A stretch of DNA of 64,000 nucleotides from an uncultured virus (IMG/VR IMGVR_UViG_3300025141_015636) (IMGVR_UViG_3300025141_015636), one strand, 5' to 3'; positions 29,762-40,800 are shown, counted from the first letter of the stretch. Translations and numbers: made by a program. Notes: generated from the sequence alone by a model not told the origin.

Positions 29762-30406
29762 TTGGCATCTCGTCTCTACTATAACGCATCATCGTTTGAT
29801 GCAAATACGGGAAGGGGTTACGGAAAATCTCAGCCAAAAATACCCTCAATAGGAACTAGCCAGGGCTCTGAGTATATTATGGGGTCATCTGAAACAGGTA
29901 TATACTCAGAACCTGTTGAAGAGTATGATGAAGATGAAGATTACGGATTTTATGAACTAGATGATCTTTATAAGTTTGTAAGAATGATAAATAAAGACTA
30001 TGTATCAGGAGATTCAGTTAGGCCAAGAGCAGATATGTCATCACTTGGAAATTCAAATAATAGATTTTCAACAGTAGGAATGGGAAATACAATGTCTGAA
30101 AGTGACATGCCATCAGCACGTAGTGGAATATCTCCCTTTTCATCAAAGCAATTATATCCTTCTGGATTTACTGGTCCGCCGCTTGGTACTGGCGGAGCAG
30201 ATCAAGCATTTAGAACAACTGGAAATTTTAGAAGAACTGGTACTCAGTATGGAACTTCCAGGGCACCAATATTAGATAGTGATGTAGATAATTTACGATT
30301 TCTATCTGCTATAAACTTGGTTAATTTTTCAAATGATGATATAAATTTTTTAAAACAGCTCGAAAAAGTTAAAAAAGCATTACAATATACAGAATCTTTA
30401 GTTTAA
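29762..30406 (+). CDS. Gly/Ser-rich head-module protein
   Basis: 214-aa ORF with a TTG start and low complexity, within the head operon. Confidence 0.65.
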   Translation: MASRLYYNASSFDANTGRGYGKSQPKIPSIGTSQGSEYIMGSSETGIYSEPVEEYDEDEDYGFYELDDLYKFVRMINKDYVSGDSVRPRADMSSLGNSNNRFSTVGMGNTMSESDMPSARSGISPFSSKQLYPSGFTGPPLGTGGADQAFRTTGNFRRTGTQYGTSRAPILDSDVDNLRFLSAINLVNFSNDDINFLKQLEKVKKALQYTESLV

Positions 30407-30470
30407 TAATGAATACATAGAATAGTATAGTTTCACTATTCTGCCATATGTAGTCTTATGAGGTTTATAA

Positions 30471-31931
30471 ATGTCAACAAAAATTTACGAAGAAGCACTT
30501 GCTGATGCTAAACACCTTAGAGAGGTAGCTGAGACAAATGCAAAAAATGCAATAATAGAAGCAGTAACACCTAAAATTAGAGAATTTATAGATCAGGAGC
30601 TAATGGGATCTGGTTCAGAAAATAAAAATACAGATGAATATTCGTCTGCTGAAGATATAATTTCTGAATCTATTGGCTTAAAACCAGATAAAAATATTGC
30701 TCTTGATTCTAGTGCTATAGGATCTCTAGCTAAAATGTTTGGAAGCAGTAATCACAAAGAAATACTGGGTGCACTCTCTGAGTCAATAAACGAGTTAAGT
30801 AATGAAGACGCTGACTTAGTCAAATCAGCGTTTAAAAAGATTGATAATTTATCAAGTGACGAAATAAATAATACAGTGAATAATATACAGGAGAATTCCA
30901 CAATGAGATCACGCAAGGAAAAGGTTTATGAAGTTGACCTTAATCTTTTAAAAGAACAAGCAGAACATATGTTCGAAGAAGAAGAAGAAGAAGTGGCACC
31001 GCCAAAGAGATCTCGCAGGTCAAGATCTAAAAAGGAAGGTTCTAAAAAATCAGATGATAGAGAGATGATGGAAGTCTTGAGAGACCTTGGCCTCTTAAAT
31101 GAAGATGTCCTTGAAATTGATTTAGCTGATCTGGAATTGCCAGATGACTTTCAGCCAACAGTAAGAGTTGTTGGAGATGAGGACGAAGAAGTTGATGTTG
31201 AGCTTGGTGCTGAGTTAGATATTGATGACGAAGGCGAAGACTTAGACTTGGACGTTGATGTCGAAGAGGAAGAAGTTCTCGCGGAAACTTACGAAATTGA
31301 TCCACTAATGCTCAAACAAGAGCTTCGAAGAGTTAGAAGAAAAATCAGAGAAGCAAAAGACTTGACAAAGGTAAAAGGCATTAAGAATGACCAGTCAAGC
31401 TCATGGGGTGGAAAAGGAAACGCAAATGCCGGCCAAAAGAATCAATTTGGCGGAAAAGGCAGCGGAAAAGGAAATGCATTTGGCGGAGGCTCTGAAAAGG
31501 GCGACGTCTACAAGGTTAAACTCAATGCTCTAGCTGAGCAATTGAAGAAAGAGATGCGCAAAAATCGTAATCTCAATGGCAGGCTCGATGAATACAGAAG
31601 TGCAGTTGAAACACTTCGTGAGCAACTTACAGATTTAAATCTGTTTAACGCAAAGCTTCTTTATGTTAATAAGCTTTTTCAGAATAAGTCAATATCGCAA
31701 GCGAGAAGACGTTCTATGGTTGAATCAATAGATTCAGCAAAAAGTTTGAGAGAAGTTAAGCTAATCTATAAGACTCTAACAGAATCTGGATCTACTAGAA
31801 GTAGAAAAGGAAATTTGAAAGAGTCAGTCGTTCGCTCTGTAGGTTCTTCCTCTAGAGTAAGCGGTCGTTCATCTGCTAATAGGGCAACAACCGAGGTTGA
31901 TCGGTGGGCCACATTGGCAGGACTTAAGTAA
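30471..31931 (+). CDS. Prohead scaffold/core protein (gp22-like by position)
   Basis: Directly before the capsid gene; acidic low-complexity middle; C-terminal coiled coil LNLFNAKLLYVNKL...RWATLAGL; many [LIV]xE sites. Confidence 0.75.
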   Translation: MSTKIYEEALADAKHLREVAETNAKNAIIEAVTPKIREFIDQELMGSGSENKNTDEYSSAEDIISESIGLKPDKNIALDSSAIGSLAKMFGSSNHKEILGALSESINELSNEDADLVKSAFKKIDNLSSDEINNTVNNIQENSTMRSRKEKVYEVDLNLLKEQAEHMFEEEEEEVAPPKRSRRSRSKKEGSKKSDDREMMEVLRDLGLLNEDVLEIDLADLELPDDFQPTVRVVGDEDEEVDVELGAELDIDDEGEDLDLDVDVEEEEVLAETYEIDPLMLKQELRRVRRKIREAKDLTKVKGIKNDQSSSWGGKGNANAGQKNQFGGKGSGKGNAFGGGSEKGDVYKVKLNALAEQLKKEMRKNRNLNGRLDEYRSAVETLREQLTDLNLFNAKLLYVNKLFQNKSISQARRRSMVESIDSAKSLREVKLIYKTLTESGSTRSRKGNLKESVVRSVGSSSRVSGRSSANRATTEVDRWATLAGLK

Positions 31932-31972
31932 TTCACAGGTCGTTTCAACAACATATATAAAGGAGAAAAAAC

Positions 31973-33925
31973 ATGGCCAAATCATTTACATTAAACCAAC
32001 TAACTGAAGGTATTCGTGACAGAGACATGAGTGCTGAAGGTCAGAAGGTAACAAACAAGTGGGCGCGTACAGGTCTTCTAAGGGGTCTAGGTGAGCAGGG
32101 TCGAGAGACAATGTCACGACTTCTTGAGAACCAGGCAGCTCAGGTACTTAGAGAGGTTAACTCTCTCGGTGGCGGTGCAGGTAGTGCATCATCATCTGGC
32201 GATATTAGAGGTTTTACAAATATCGCATTCCCAATCGTTCGTAGAGTTTTCGGAGGCTTAGTTGCCAATGATCTCGTTTCAATCCAGCCAATGAGTCTTC
32301 CCTCGGGACTTCTCTTCTATCTGGACTACACATATGGCACAGCTGTAGGTGGTGATTCAAATAGACAAACAGGCGCTGCTGGTGCAACAAACACACAAGC
32401 ATATTCAAAAGGTCAATCAATCTACAACCTTCCGACAGGTAAGGGTGTAAGATCTGGATCTGATGCAGTCGGTGGACCCTATGATCTTGCTGGAACAGCT
32501 TATACAAGAGTTCATACTTCTCTTAGCAATACATCAGGTGATAGACTTACACTTCTAGCTTCTGGTGCATATGGTAATAGTACATCCCTAAGTGGAAATA
32601 CAAAATGCCAAGCTACAGGATCAGATGGAAAAGCTCTTCAGTTTGACCCACAGGTAACACAGCTCATTGAAGAAAATGCAAGCTCAGGTGGAAAGCTACA
32701 GGGTGTCGGACAGTTTCAGCTTATGATATGGGATGTAACTCAGTTTCCTGCAAAGGCTGATCTTACAGCTGTTAAGCAGTTTACGCTTGGTGCGCAGGGT
32801 GCTTCAGACGGCGTCACAATCGTTAGTTCGACAGGTCTTAAGTACATTACATCCGGTGATGAGATTCAGGGCGGACGAACCCTTAACGTTAGAAGGCTTA
32901 ACCAGCTAGGAACTTACTCAGGTGGTGTCTTTACACCTAATCCTCTAGTTACAAGATCTACATCAAATGCAGCTCTTTTAACTGTTGTATCTGGTACATA
33001 TCTTCCTAAATTCTCAGCACAGGGTCACGGATGTACAGGTTCATACGTTCAGTCACCAACACTCAATGTTGGATCAGACGGCGATGCACTCACTATCCCA
33101 ACTTTCGAGTCAGACTTTGAGTCATCACCTCAGGTTGTTATACCAGAGATTGATATCAAGATCGAATCAATTGCTGTAACAGCAGAGACTCGTAAGCTTC
33201 GTGCTCGTTGGTCACCAGAACTCGCACAGGACTTGAATGCCTACCACAGCCTTGACGCTGAGGTTGAGCTTACTCAGATCCTATCAGAGCAGATTGCTCT
33301 TGAGCTTGACAGAGAGATCCTAAACGATCTGCTTACTGAAGCGCAGGGTGCAAACTTCTACTGGTCAAGAATGCCTGGTAAGTTCGTTAACAAGAGAAGC
33401 GGAGCAGAGGTAGAGCTAGCTAGCTCACTATCAGCTGGTCCTGCATTCACTGGAACTGTTAGAGAGTGGTATGAGACTCTTACTGAGACAATCATTGATG
33501 TCGCAAATGAGATTCATAGAAAGACCCTTCGCGGATCTGCTAACTTTATCGTGGTTTCACCTGAAGTTGCTACAATCTTCGAGGCTTCTGTTCTCTATAA
33601 GCCAAGCCTAAGTCTTGATGGACAAGGTCAGGTTGGATCTCCATTCCAGCTTGGTGCTGCACCGATTGGTAGCCTTAGCAACCGTTTCACGGTTTACAAG
33701 GATCCATATTTCCCGCGCAACAAGGTTCTTGTTGGATATAAGGGAGGTAGCTACCTTGAAACCGGATACGTATACGCACCTTACGTTCCATTGATTGTTA
33801 CACCTACAATCTTCGCGCCAGAGGATTTCACACCCCGCAAGGGAGTGATGACTCGCTACGGCAAGAAGATGGTTCGTGCTGACTTCTACGGAACAGTTAC
33901 AGTTCTTGATATGAATGTAATATAA
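31973..33925 (+). CDS. Major capsid protein (T4 gp23-like) with a large insertion
   Basis: LLENQ, PIVRRVF...VSIQPMSLPSGLLFYL, TRKLRARWSPELAQDLNAYHSLDAEVEL and YAPYVPL...FTPRKGVMTRYG; SD AAGGAG. Confidence 0.97.
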   Translation: MAKSFTLNQLTEGIRDRDMSAEGQKVTNKWARTGLLRGLGEQGRETMSRLLENQAAQVLREVNSLGGGAGSASSSGDIRGFTNIAFPIVRRVFGGLVANDLVSIQPMSLPSGLLFYLDYTYGTAVGGDSNRQTGAAGATNTQAYSKGQSIYNLPTGKGVRSGSDAVGGPYDLAGTAYTRVHTSLSNTSGDRLTLLASGAYGNSTSLSGNTKCQATGSDGKALQFDPQVTQLIEENASSGGKLQGVGQFQLMIWDVTQFPAKADLTAVKQFTLGAQGASDGVTIVSSTGLKYITSGDEIQGGRTLNVRRLNQLGTYSGGVFTPNPLVTRSTSNAALLTVVSGTYLPKFSAQGHGCTGSYVQSPTLNVGSDGDALTIPTFESDFESSPQVVIPEIDIKIESIAVTAETRKLRARWSPELAQDLNAYHSLDAEVELTQILSEQIALELDREILNDLLTEAQGANFYWSRMPGKFVNKRSGAEVELASSLSAGPAFTGTVREWYETLTETIIDVANEIHRKTLRGSANFIVVSPEVATIFEASVLYKPSLSLDGQGQVGSPFQLGAAPIGSLSNRFTVYKDPYFPRNKVLVGYKGGSYLETGYVYAPYVPLIVTPTIFAPEDFTPRKGVMTRYGKKMVRADFYGTVTVLDMNVI

Positions 33926-33946
33926 TATCAAAGAAGTATATAATTC

Positions 33947-33978
33947 AAAGAGGCACCTTAAAAAGGTGCCTCTTTTTT
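33947..33978 (+). terminator. Rho-independent terminator after the capsid gene (potentially bidirectional)
   Basis: AAAGAGGCACCTT-AAA-AAGGTGCCTCTTT followed by a T-run. Confidence 0.9.
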
Positions 33979-34026
33979 ATTAACTTTTTATAATATTTTG
34001 TGTATAAATTTATCTTAGGGGTAAAT

Positions 34027-34617
34027 ATGCCAAAAAGAAGACAGATCCTAAGAATACTTGCGGGTAGCGAAGAGGCTAAAAGAAGAAATAAAAATAAACT
34101 ATTTCTTGATAACAATTTAGAAGAAATTGTTGATATCCCCCCAGTCTTAAAGGAAGATTCCAAAATAACAGTACAAAGCGAAGACAAACAAAGTAGCAAA
34201 AGTACTACAGCTAAAAAATCTCTAACTAGAAAAAGAAGATCACCAAAGAAGGATTTGTCGAATGATTCTGATAATAAAAAAATAACATTATCTGAGACAG
34301 CTAAAAAATCTACAACTAGAAAGAGAAGAACAGCTAAAAAGAAAGAAACACAAGCCAGCGTGCAGAAAAAGTCCACCAAGACAAGATCACGAAGTAAAAT
34401 ATCTAATACAGGTGATAAATTATCACCAGGAAAACGATCCTCACAAAAAAGCACAACACAGAAAAGAAAAAGAGTTGCAAACAATGGAAAGCTTGAGCTA
34501 GGTGATCAGATAGGTGATACAATAGACTGGCTAATGGAGTGTTCTGGATCTAATAAAGAAGAAAATAGAACAAAAAAAACTCCCAGAAAAAGAAGAAGTA
34601 GTGCTACTACAAGGTAG
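34027..34617 (+). CDS. Highly basic Lys/Arg/Ser/Thr-rich protein (histone H1-like composition)
   Basis: ATG 34027 after AGGGG; repeats TAKKSLTRKRRS, TAKKSTTRKRRTAKKK, QKSTTQKRKR, KKTPRKRRSS. Confidence 0.7.
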   Translation: MPKRRQILRILAGSEEAKRRNKNKLFLDNNLEEIVDIPPVLKEDSKITVQSEDKQSSKSTTAKKSLTRKRRSPKKDLSNDSDNKKITLSETAKKSTTRKRRTAKKKETQASVQKKSTKTRSRSKISNTGDKLSPGKRSSQKSTTQKRKRVANNGKLELGDQIGDTIDWLMECSGSNKEENRTKKTPRKRRSSATTR

Positions 34618-34688
34618 GTATACTGATTTTAATTTTTGATTCACTCTTAAAACAATCAAACATTGAATGAAAAGCACTAAGCACTCGA

Positions 34689-34695
34689 ATACTTA
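34689..34695 (+). promoter_or_regulatory. Putative late promoter (ATANTTA)
   Basis: ATACTTA 24 nt before the neck-gene GTG. Confidence 0.45.
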
Positions 34696-34719
34696 AATTT
34701 ATAGTGAAAGGGTGTTACT

Positions 34720-35907
34720 GTGGCGACATTTACAAATACAACTAGTCCAACTCCTTTTGGATTTTTTGACGAAGAATCAGCTTTTAAAACAGAGGCTGAT
34801 AATATGATAACGTTTGTAAAGAGAAAGCTTGGAGACGATATTCTGAGTGTAGAGCTTACAAAAAAACAAATATGGGCAACACTTGAAGAAGCAACACTAG
34901 AGTTTAGTGCAATATTAAATACATACCAGGCGAAGTCACAAATAGTTAATTTTTTAGGAGGCCCGATAACAGGATCAACGGGTGAGATGTCTGGCTCGGA
35001 GGGAAAATATCCTAGAGAAAATTTAGACTACTTGACAAGATTTGCAGAGCCATACGCACAAGAGGCAGGCACGGGTGGATCTTATAACATGATGTCAGGA
35101 TCGATATCACTTAAAGATGGTCAGCAAGATTATGACATGTATACACAGCTTAAAGATTCAGATGGAAATTTAATATTTTCATCTAGCTTAAATAGCAAAA
35201 AAAGTAAAATGCAAGTAAGTGAAGTATTCCATTTTAGTCCGCAAGCAGCATATAGATTCTTTGATACAACTTCTGCAATTAACTATCTTAACAATGAGTT
35301 CTCATTTGAGTCATTTACCCCAGAAACAATATTCTATGTATTACCAGTATTTGAAGATATACTAAGGGCTGGTCAGCTAGATTTATCAAATAGAGTTAGA
35401 AGATCAAATTATTCCTATAAGATAATTGGTACAAAAATAAGAATATACCCAATGCCAACTTCAAACTCAGAGTCTCCTCTTAAGCTATGGCTAAGGGTAA
35501 AGTTTTATTCAGATCCTCTTAATGCTAGCTATGGAGATGATACCATAGAGGGAGTTTCAAATCTATCAGACCTTCCATTTGGAAATTTACAATATACAAA
35601 TATTAATAGCATAGGCAGGCAGTGGATCAGGCAATATTCTTTATCACTCTCTAAGGAACTATTGGGTCATGTAAGATCAAAGTTCTCTAATATTCCGATA
35701 CCTGGAGCAGATCTAACACTAGATGGAAAAGAGCTTATAACACAAGGAAGAGAGGATCAGACAGCACTAAAAACATCGCTCAAGGAAATGCTTGACACGA
35801 TGACATATGATAAGCTTATGGAGCTTGCAGCAACAAGAGCAGAGTTTATTAATAAGCAATTAAAATTCATTCCCATGCCAAATGGGCTAGCAATACTAAT
35901 GGGATAA
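34720..35907 (+). CDS. Neck protein (T4 gp13-like)
   Basis: KRKLGDDILSVELT..QI and WIRQYSLSLSKELLG.VRSKF..IPIPG..LTLDG motifs; positioned after the capsid gene. Confidence 0.8.
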   Translation: MATFTNTTSPTPFGFFDEESAFKTEADNMITFVKRKLGDDILSVELTKKQIWATLEEATLEFSAILNTYQAKSQIVNFLGGPITGSTGEMSGSEGKYPRENLDYLTRFAEPYAQEAGTGGSYNMMSGSISLKDGQQDYDMYTQLKDSDGNLIFSSSLNSKKSKMQVSEVFHFSPQAAYRFFDTTSAINYLNNEFSFESFTPETIFYVLPVFEDILRAGQLDLSNRVRRSNYSYKIIGTKIRIYPMPTSNSESPLKLWLRVKFYSDPLNASYGDDTIEGVSNLSDLPFGNLQYTNINSIGRQWIRQYSLSLSKELLGHVRSKFSNIPIPGADLTLDGKELITQGREDQTALKTSLKEMLDTMTYDKLMELAATRAEFINKQLKFIPMPNGLAILMG

Positions 35908-35910
35908 ATT

Positions 35911-36567
35911 ATGTCAAGATTATTCATAACAGAAAGAGAAATAAATTTCATAAATGACCTTGGAAAGGAAATAGTAAAAGACGTTGTCGGTCAGAAAATA
36001 TACTATTTTTCGATATCTGAGTCAAAATCTAGAGTTCACGAGGTCTATGAAGAGGCAGTTGATAAAATATTTGAAAATCCTATAGAGATAAACTCTCTTG
36101 TAAAGTACTTACCGCAGGAAATTAGAGCTAATACGTTTGGAAGCGAAGAATACTATACGATTGAAGTCTATATACAAGAAAGAGACTTGATAGAGAAAAA
36201 TATAGAAATACTAGAAGGTGATTTTTTTAGCTATGGAACTGTATTTTTTGAAGTAATATCTGTGCCTGATTCAAATACAATATATGGAGAAGTTGAGCAC
36301 AAGGGATTTGTTACAATAACTGGTAAACAGTCAAGAAAAGGACAGTTTGTATCAAAAGTACTCGGACCAACAGACGAGGGCTACTCAGATCCAGGTGCTG
36401 TTCAAAAGAATTTTTATCAGCAGCGTGGATACAAAGAGAATGTAGAGGGAGTAACAGGAGATATAAGAGACCTAAGGAGAAATGGCGTACTATCAGATCC
36501 AATATCTGGTGTAAAAGAAGTTACAGAAAGAGGTCAAAAGGGAGGATCGTCTTTTTATGACGAGTGA
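35911..36567 (+). CDS. Neck / head-completion protein (gp14-like)
   Basis: GQKIYYF...VYEEA..KIF.NPIEI...EGDF pattern; follows the gp13-like gene. Confidence 0.65.
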   Translation: MSRLFITEREINFINDLGKEIVKDVVGQKIYYFSISESKSRVHEVYEEAVDKIFENPIEINSLVKYLPQEIRANTFGSEEYYTIEVYIQERDLIEKNIEILEGDFFSYGTVFFEVISVPDSNTIYGEVEHKGFVTITGKQSRKGQFVSKVLGPTDEGYSDPGAVQKNFYQQRGYKENVEGVTGDIRDLRRNGVLSDPISGVKEVTERGQKGGSSFYDE

Positions 36568-36573
36568 TAGAAA

Positions 36574-37779
36574 ATGGTAAAGAGAGGACTTGATGATAGG
36601 GATGATCTTCCATCCCCAGATGATTTTAATCTACCGTCTGCAGACATAGAGTCTGTAGATAGAGCACTTTTTAACTTATTTGATAAGGAAATTCCTTTTC
36701 AGGTAAAAATAGACAATCAGTCAGAAAAGGTTCCAGTAGTATTTTCAACTGGTGAGAGATTTGCGCTAACTAGAAGAAAATCTCCAATAAGAGATAAAAA
36801 CAATGCATTAATTCTGCCAATTATAGCAATACATAGAAAAAGTATAGATATATCTGCAAATCTTGGTGGGTATGGAACAGCAATAGCTCCTAGGGACCAA
36901 GAATTATATGTAGTTAAAAAAAGACTTTCAAAAAAAGACAGAGAGTATCAGAATATTATAAACAGGCCAGGTCTAAAAAATCAAAAAAATATATCAAGTA
37001 GGGCAAATTTTGCATCAAGCGAGATCTTTCCTGGAAAAACAGCAAAGCCAGGAACTATTGCAACTAGGAGAAATGGAAAAAATCTATCGTATGTTCCGCA
37101 GAGCACAGACGGCCTCTTGGAAAATAATTTATCTGATAATATTTTTGAAATAATAACTGCACCATATCCTACTTTTTTCCTAGCATCATATGAAGTTACA
37201 TTCTGGACACAATATGTCCAGCATATGAATCAGATTATGGAGGTTATGATGACAAGATTTAGTGGGCAAGAGCACGGATTCAAAATAACAAGCCCATCAG
37301 GATTTGAGTATGTTGCATTCATAAAATCACCGTTAAATTCAGCAGATAACTTTTCTGATTTTTCGTCTGATGAGAGAATAATAAGATATACATTTACAGT
37401 AGATGTACCCTCCTATCTCTTTGCATCACAGCATGATGGATTGCCAGATCCATTTAGAAAGTATGAATCTGCTCCGATAATAGAGTTTGGATATATTCAA
37501 ACAAATACTCAGGTTGTAACTTTTGATAAAAATCCTGAAGGGGTAGTTAATCAAAATAAATTTATATTATCTGATATAGATACAGAGAAAATGAACGAGC
37601 CGCGACGCGGACAAGGTCGTGAGTTTTTAACTGAAATTGTTGAAAATCCATTCACTGGAGAGGACTCTGTTAAGTTCTCCAGGGTCCTAATACGTAATGA
37701 AAGAGCAGGCGAAACTGTTGCCAGTTCAAGAATTACTGTAGATTTACAAACAACGTTAGATTCACCATCATCTGAATAG
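36574..37779 (+). CDS. Tail terminator / sheath stabiliser (gp15-like)
   Basis: KVPVVFSTGER, LILPIIAI.R, PYPTFFLASYEVTFWT...MNQIME; located before the sheaths. Confidence 0.7.
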   Translation: MVKRGLDDRDDLPSPDDFNLPSADIESVDRALFNLFDKEIPFQVKIDNQSEKVPVVFSTGERFALTRRKSPIRDKNNALILPIIAIHRKSIDISANLGGYGTAIAPRDQELYVVKKRLSKKDREYQNIINRPGLKNQKNISSRANFASSEIFPGKTAKPGTIATRRNGKNLSYVPQSTDGLLENNLSDNIFEIITAPYPTFFLASYEVTFWTQYVQHMNQIMEVMMTRFSGQEHGFKITSPSGFEYVAFIKSPLNSADNFSDFSSDERIIRYTFTVDVPSYLFASQHDGLPDPFRKYESAPIIEFGYIQTNTQVVTFDKNPEGVVNQNKFILSDIDTEKMNEPRRGQGREFLTEIVENPFTGEDSVKFSRVLIRNERAGETVASSRITVDLQTTLDSPSSE

Positions 37780-37800
37780 TGACGTTTGACTTGTTACGTG

Positions 37801-37807
37801 ATAGTTA
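37801..37807 (+). promoter_or_regulatory. Putative late promoter (ATANTTA)
   Basis: ATAGTTA 33 nt before sheath 1. Confidence 0.45.
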
Positions 37808-37840
37808 TACCTGTATAGAATTGTTACGGGAGATTTCTTA

Positions 37841-40800
37841 ATGGCTGAACAGACATTCAAATCGCCAGGTTTTTTTGAGAGAGAAATAGACCTATCGCAA
37901 AGAGATAAGACGATATCAGGTATTCCAGCAGGAATTGCCGGAACTTCACATATGGGTCCAGCTTTTGTACCCGTTACAGTTGGATCGTTTTCTGACTTTG
38001 AAAATAGGTTTGGTGGACTAGATCCTGATAAGTTTGGTCCATATGCAGTAAAGGAATTTTTAAAGCACAGAACAGCAGTGACATACGTTAGAGTGCTTGG
38101 TGCTGGTGCAAATGATTCCACCACAGATTTCGACAATACTCTTACAGCTGGTATAACAAAGGGTGCTGGGTTTAAGATAAAGGGTGAGATGGCCGCTGAA
38201 GGATCTGTAAGTGCACATGGAAGAGGTGCAGGATGTGTCCAGTTCATAGTTGGACGCCATTACGTTTCAGCATCAAATGAAGCAGTAGGCTATCCAATGC
38301 TATCAGATAATGATTCATTTTTTAGAACAGGCGGTTCATTTGCATACATGGTAAGAGGAATGCTTATGTGTGCATCTGGAACTAGATTCGAAATAATGAA
38401 TATAAATTCTGGATCTTATTCAACTGGCATCGGAGCAAATAATGATACGGCTGGTGTCGGATATACAGCCGACGACGGCGGACTGTTTAAACTTATAATT
38501 TCATCATCAGCAGGATCCACATTCTCATCTGATGAAGGAAATTCAGGAATTAGAATATATACAGCATCTTTAGATCCGACTGATGATGCATACATTGCAA
38601 ATATTCTAAATACAGATCCAAAATTCTTTCAGAAAGAGCAGCATTTACTTTATGCTCACTTTCCTGTTGAGTCAGAGGTTGCAACTCTTGATTGGTCAAA
38701 GACAAAAGCCTCTGTTGCACTTACTTCTGGCTCTGCTTTAACATCCGCAGCATCAGGAATTTCAACAGAAACTTTTGCAAATGCATATGGAAGATTTGAT
38801 TCAAGATTTACAACGCCTGCAACAACATGGTTTATCTCACAGCCATACGGTACAAATGCATACGATCTCTTCAAGGTAGAGACAATTTCAGATGGTGCAT
38901 ATGCAAATTCGAAATTCAAGATTTCAATTAGAGATATAAGAAAATCAGTTGATCCATCATCGCCTTTCGCAACATTTACTCTTGAAGTTAGAGACTTCGA
39001 TGATGTTGATACAAATGCAAAGGTTCTTGAGAGATATCCCGGTTGCACTCTTGATAAGAATTCATCCGACTACATTGCTAGAAAGATAGGTGATTTTAAA
39101 GCATACTATAACTTTGATGCAGAACAAGATTCAGAAAAGATGGTGCTTGTCAAGGGTCAATATCCAAATGTATCTTCTAGAGTACGTGTTGTAATGGCTG
39201 GTGGTCTTGTTGCAGGCGATGTTCCTGATGATGCAATGCCATTCGGATTCAGAGGACTACCGGTAGTAAAGACATCAGATACTCTTAGTGATACGCGCCT
39301 TCCAGTTCCTGGAATAGGATCACCAAAACAGCCTAGAAGACTTAGTATGGATCTTGGTGATATGAATATTTATACTCCAAGTGCTGCTTCAACAACTTAC
39401 TGGGCAGAAATTCTTGCTATGACAGGATCAATCTTGCCGCCAATTCCAATGAGATTCAAAGTAACTCGAGGAACTATTGATAAAACTCCAACATTCACAG
39501 GTCAAGCTGGCGGTGATGAAAGAGTTGACGGAAGATTTTACTGGGGAATTAAATCAACAAGACTTCCAAGAACAGGTTCAAAAGCTGATGCAATATTTAA
39601 TAGTAATGCATCTAGTGAACTAAATCCAATAGTTAGAGAATATACGAAATTCTTGGGTATACAAAAGCTAGATGTTCTAGTCACAGGATCTGGTGCAGAC
39701 AAGTTCAATAATAATATGTTTACTCTTGCAAGGGTTGCACTTTATAACAGCACGGGATCAACATCAGGAAATCTAGATAAATCTATTCCTGCAGTTATAA
39801 CTGGATCTGCAAAAGAGCACATGTTAAATACTGCATACATTAGAAATGGAGACCCGGATCCAAAAGAATACTTGATCGACGATGATGATATGAAGAGGCT
39901 GACATTTGCCTCCCTTGCGTCTATAACATCATCAGTTTACTTTAATAAGTTTACAGATTACGCAAAATTCACAAATATCATGCATGGCGGATTTGATGGT
40001 CTTAATATTCTTGATAAGCACATGGCTAACATGGATGATCAATCCTGTTCGTCTGACACCGGTGGATATGCTTCTGGAGCAACACTTGATATTGGCCTAA
40101 GGGATCTAATCGTAGGATCAGGAAAGTACAATGCGAACGTTTCTTCATACAGAGCGGCTGCCAGAATATTGACTGATGAAGTTTCTTCAAGGGTTAATAT
40201 TATTGTAATTCCTGGAATTAGAGATTCTTCTCTTACCGACTACGTAATGGAAAGACTTGAAGATTATGGAAAAGCATTTTATATCATAGATGTTCCATCA
40301 TATGATGCAGATCAAGTCAGACTTTTTGACGGAAGTTCAAAAGCACCGAACGTAGGCATGACAGCACAAAACTTTGCTGCAAGGTCTATTAACAATAATT
40401 TCTCCGCAGCTTACTTTCCAGATGTAACAATAGGAGACCCAATTAATAACAGGCCTGTACAGGTGCCTGCAACAGTTGCAGCTCTAGGGGCACTTGCATA
40501 TAGTGATTCAGTATCATATCCGTGGTTTGCTCCTGCTGGATTTAACAGGGCATCACTTGGATTTGTTAGCAATACAAAGGTAAGGTTAAATCAGGGCGAT
40601 AGGGACGAACTATACGAATCAAGAGTTAATCCAATAGCATCCTTCCCTAGGGCTGGTTACGTAATATTTGGTCAAAAAACATTGCAACTTGGAAGAAGTG
40701 CCCTTGACAGAGTAAATGTAAGAAGAATGCTTCTTGAAGTTAGAAGAGTTGTAAGTGAAGTTGCAAACTTAATAGTTTTCGAACAAAATACACCGGAAAC

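Noticed and set aside
30414..30452. Hairpin AGAATAGT/ACTATTCT (extendable by TACATA/TATGTA) before the scaffold gene as a terminator or ncRNA
   Set aside because: The stem is AT-rich with no U-tract and does not cover the SD; it is too weak to call.
23202..33925. Introns, inteins or homing endonucleases in terminase, portal or capsid (also checked in RecA and helicase)
   Set aside because: The ORFs are continuous with normal motif spacing. No intein C/S...HN ends or LAGLIDADG/HNH/GIY-YIG motifs were seen, and the capsid insertion has no splicing motifs.
34027..34617. K/R clusters as eukaryotic nuclear localisation signals, implying a eukaryotic virus
   Set aside because: SD sites, sigma70 promoters, intrinsic terminators and a T4-type gene set indicate a bacteriophage; nucleic-acid binding explains the basic tracts more simply.
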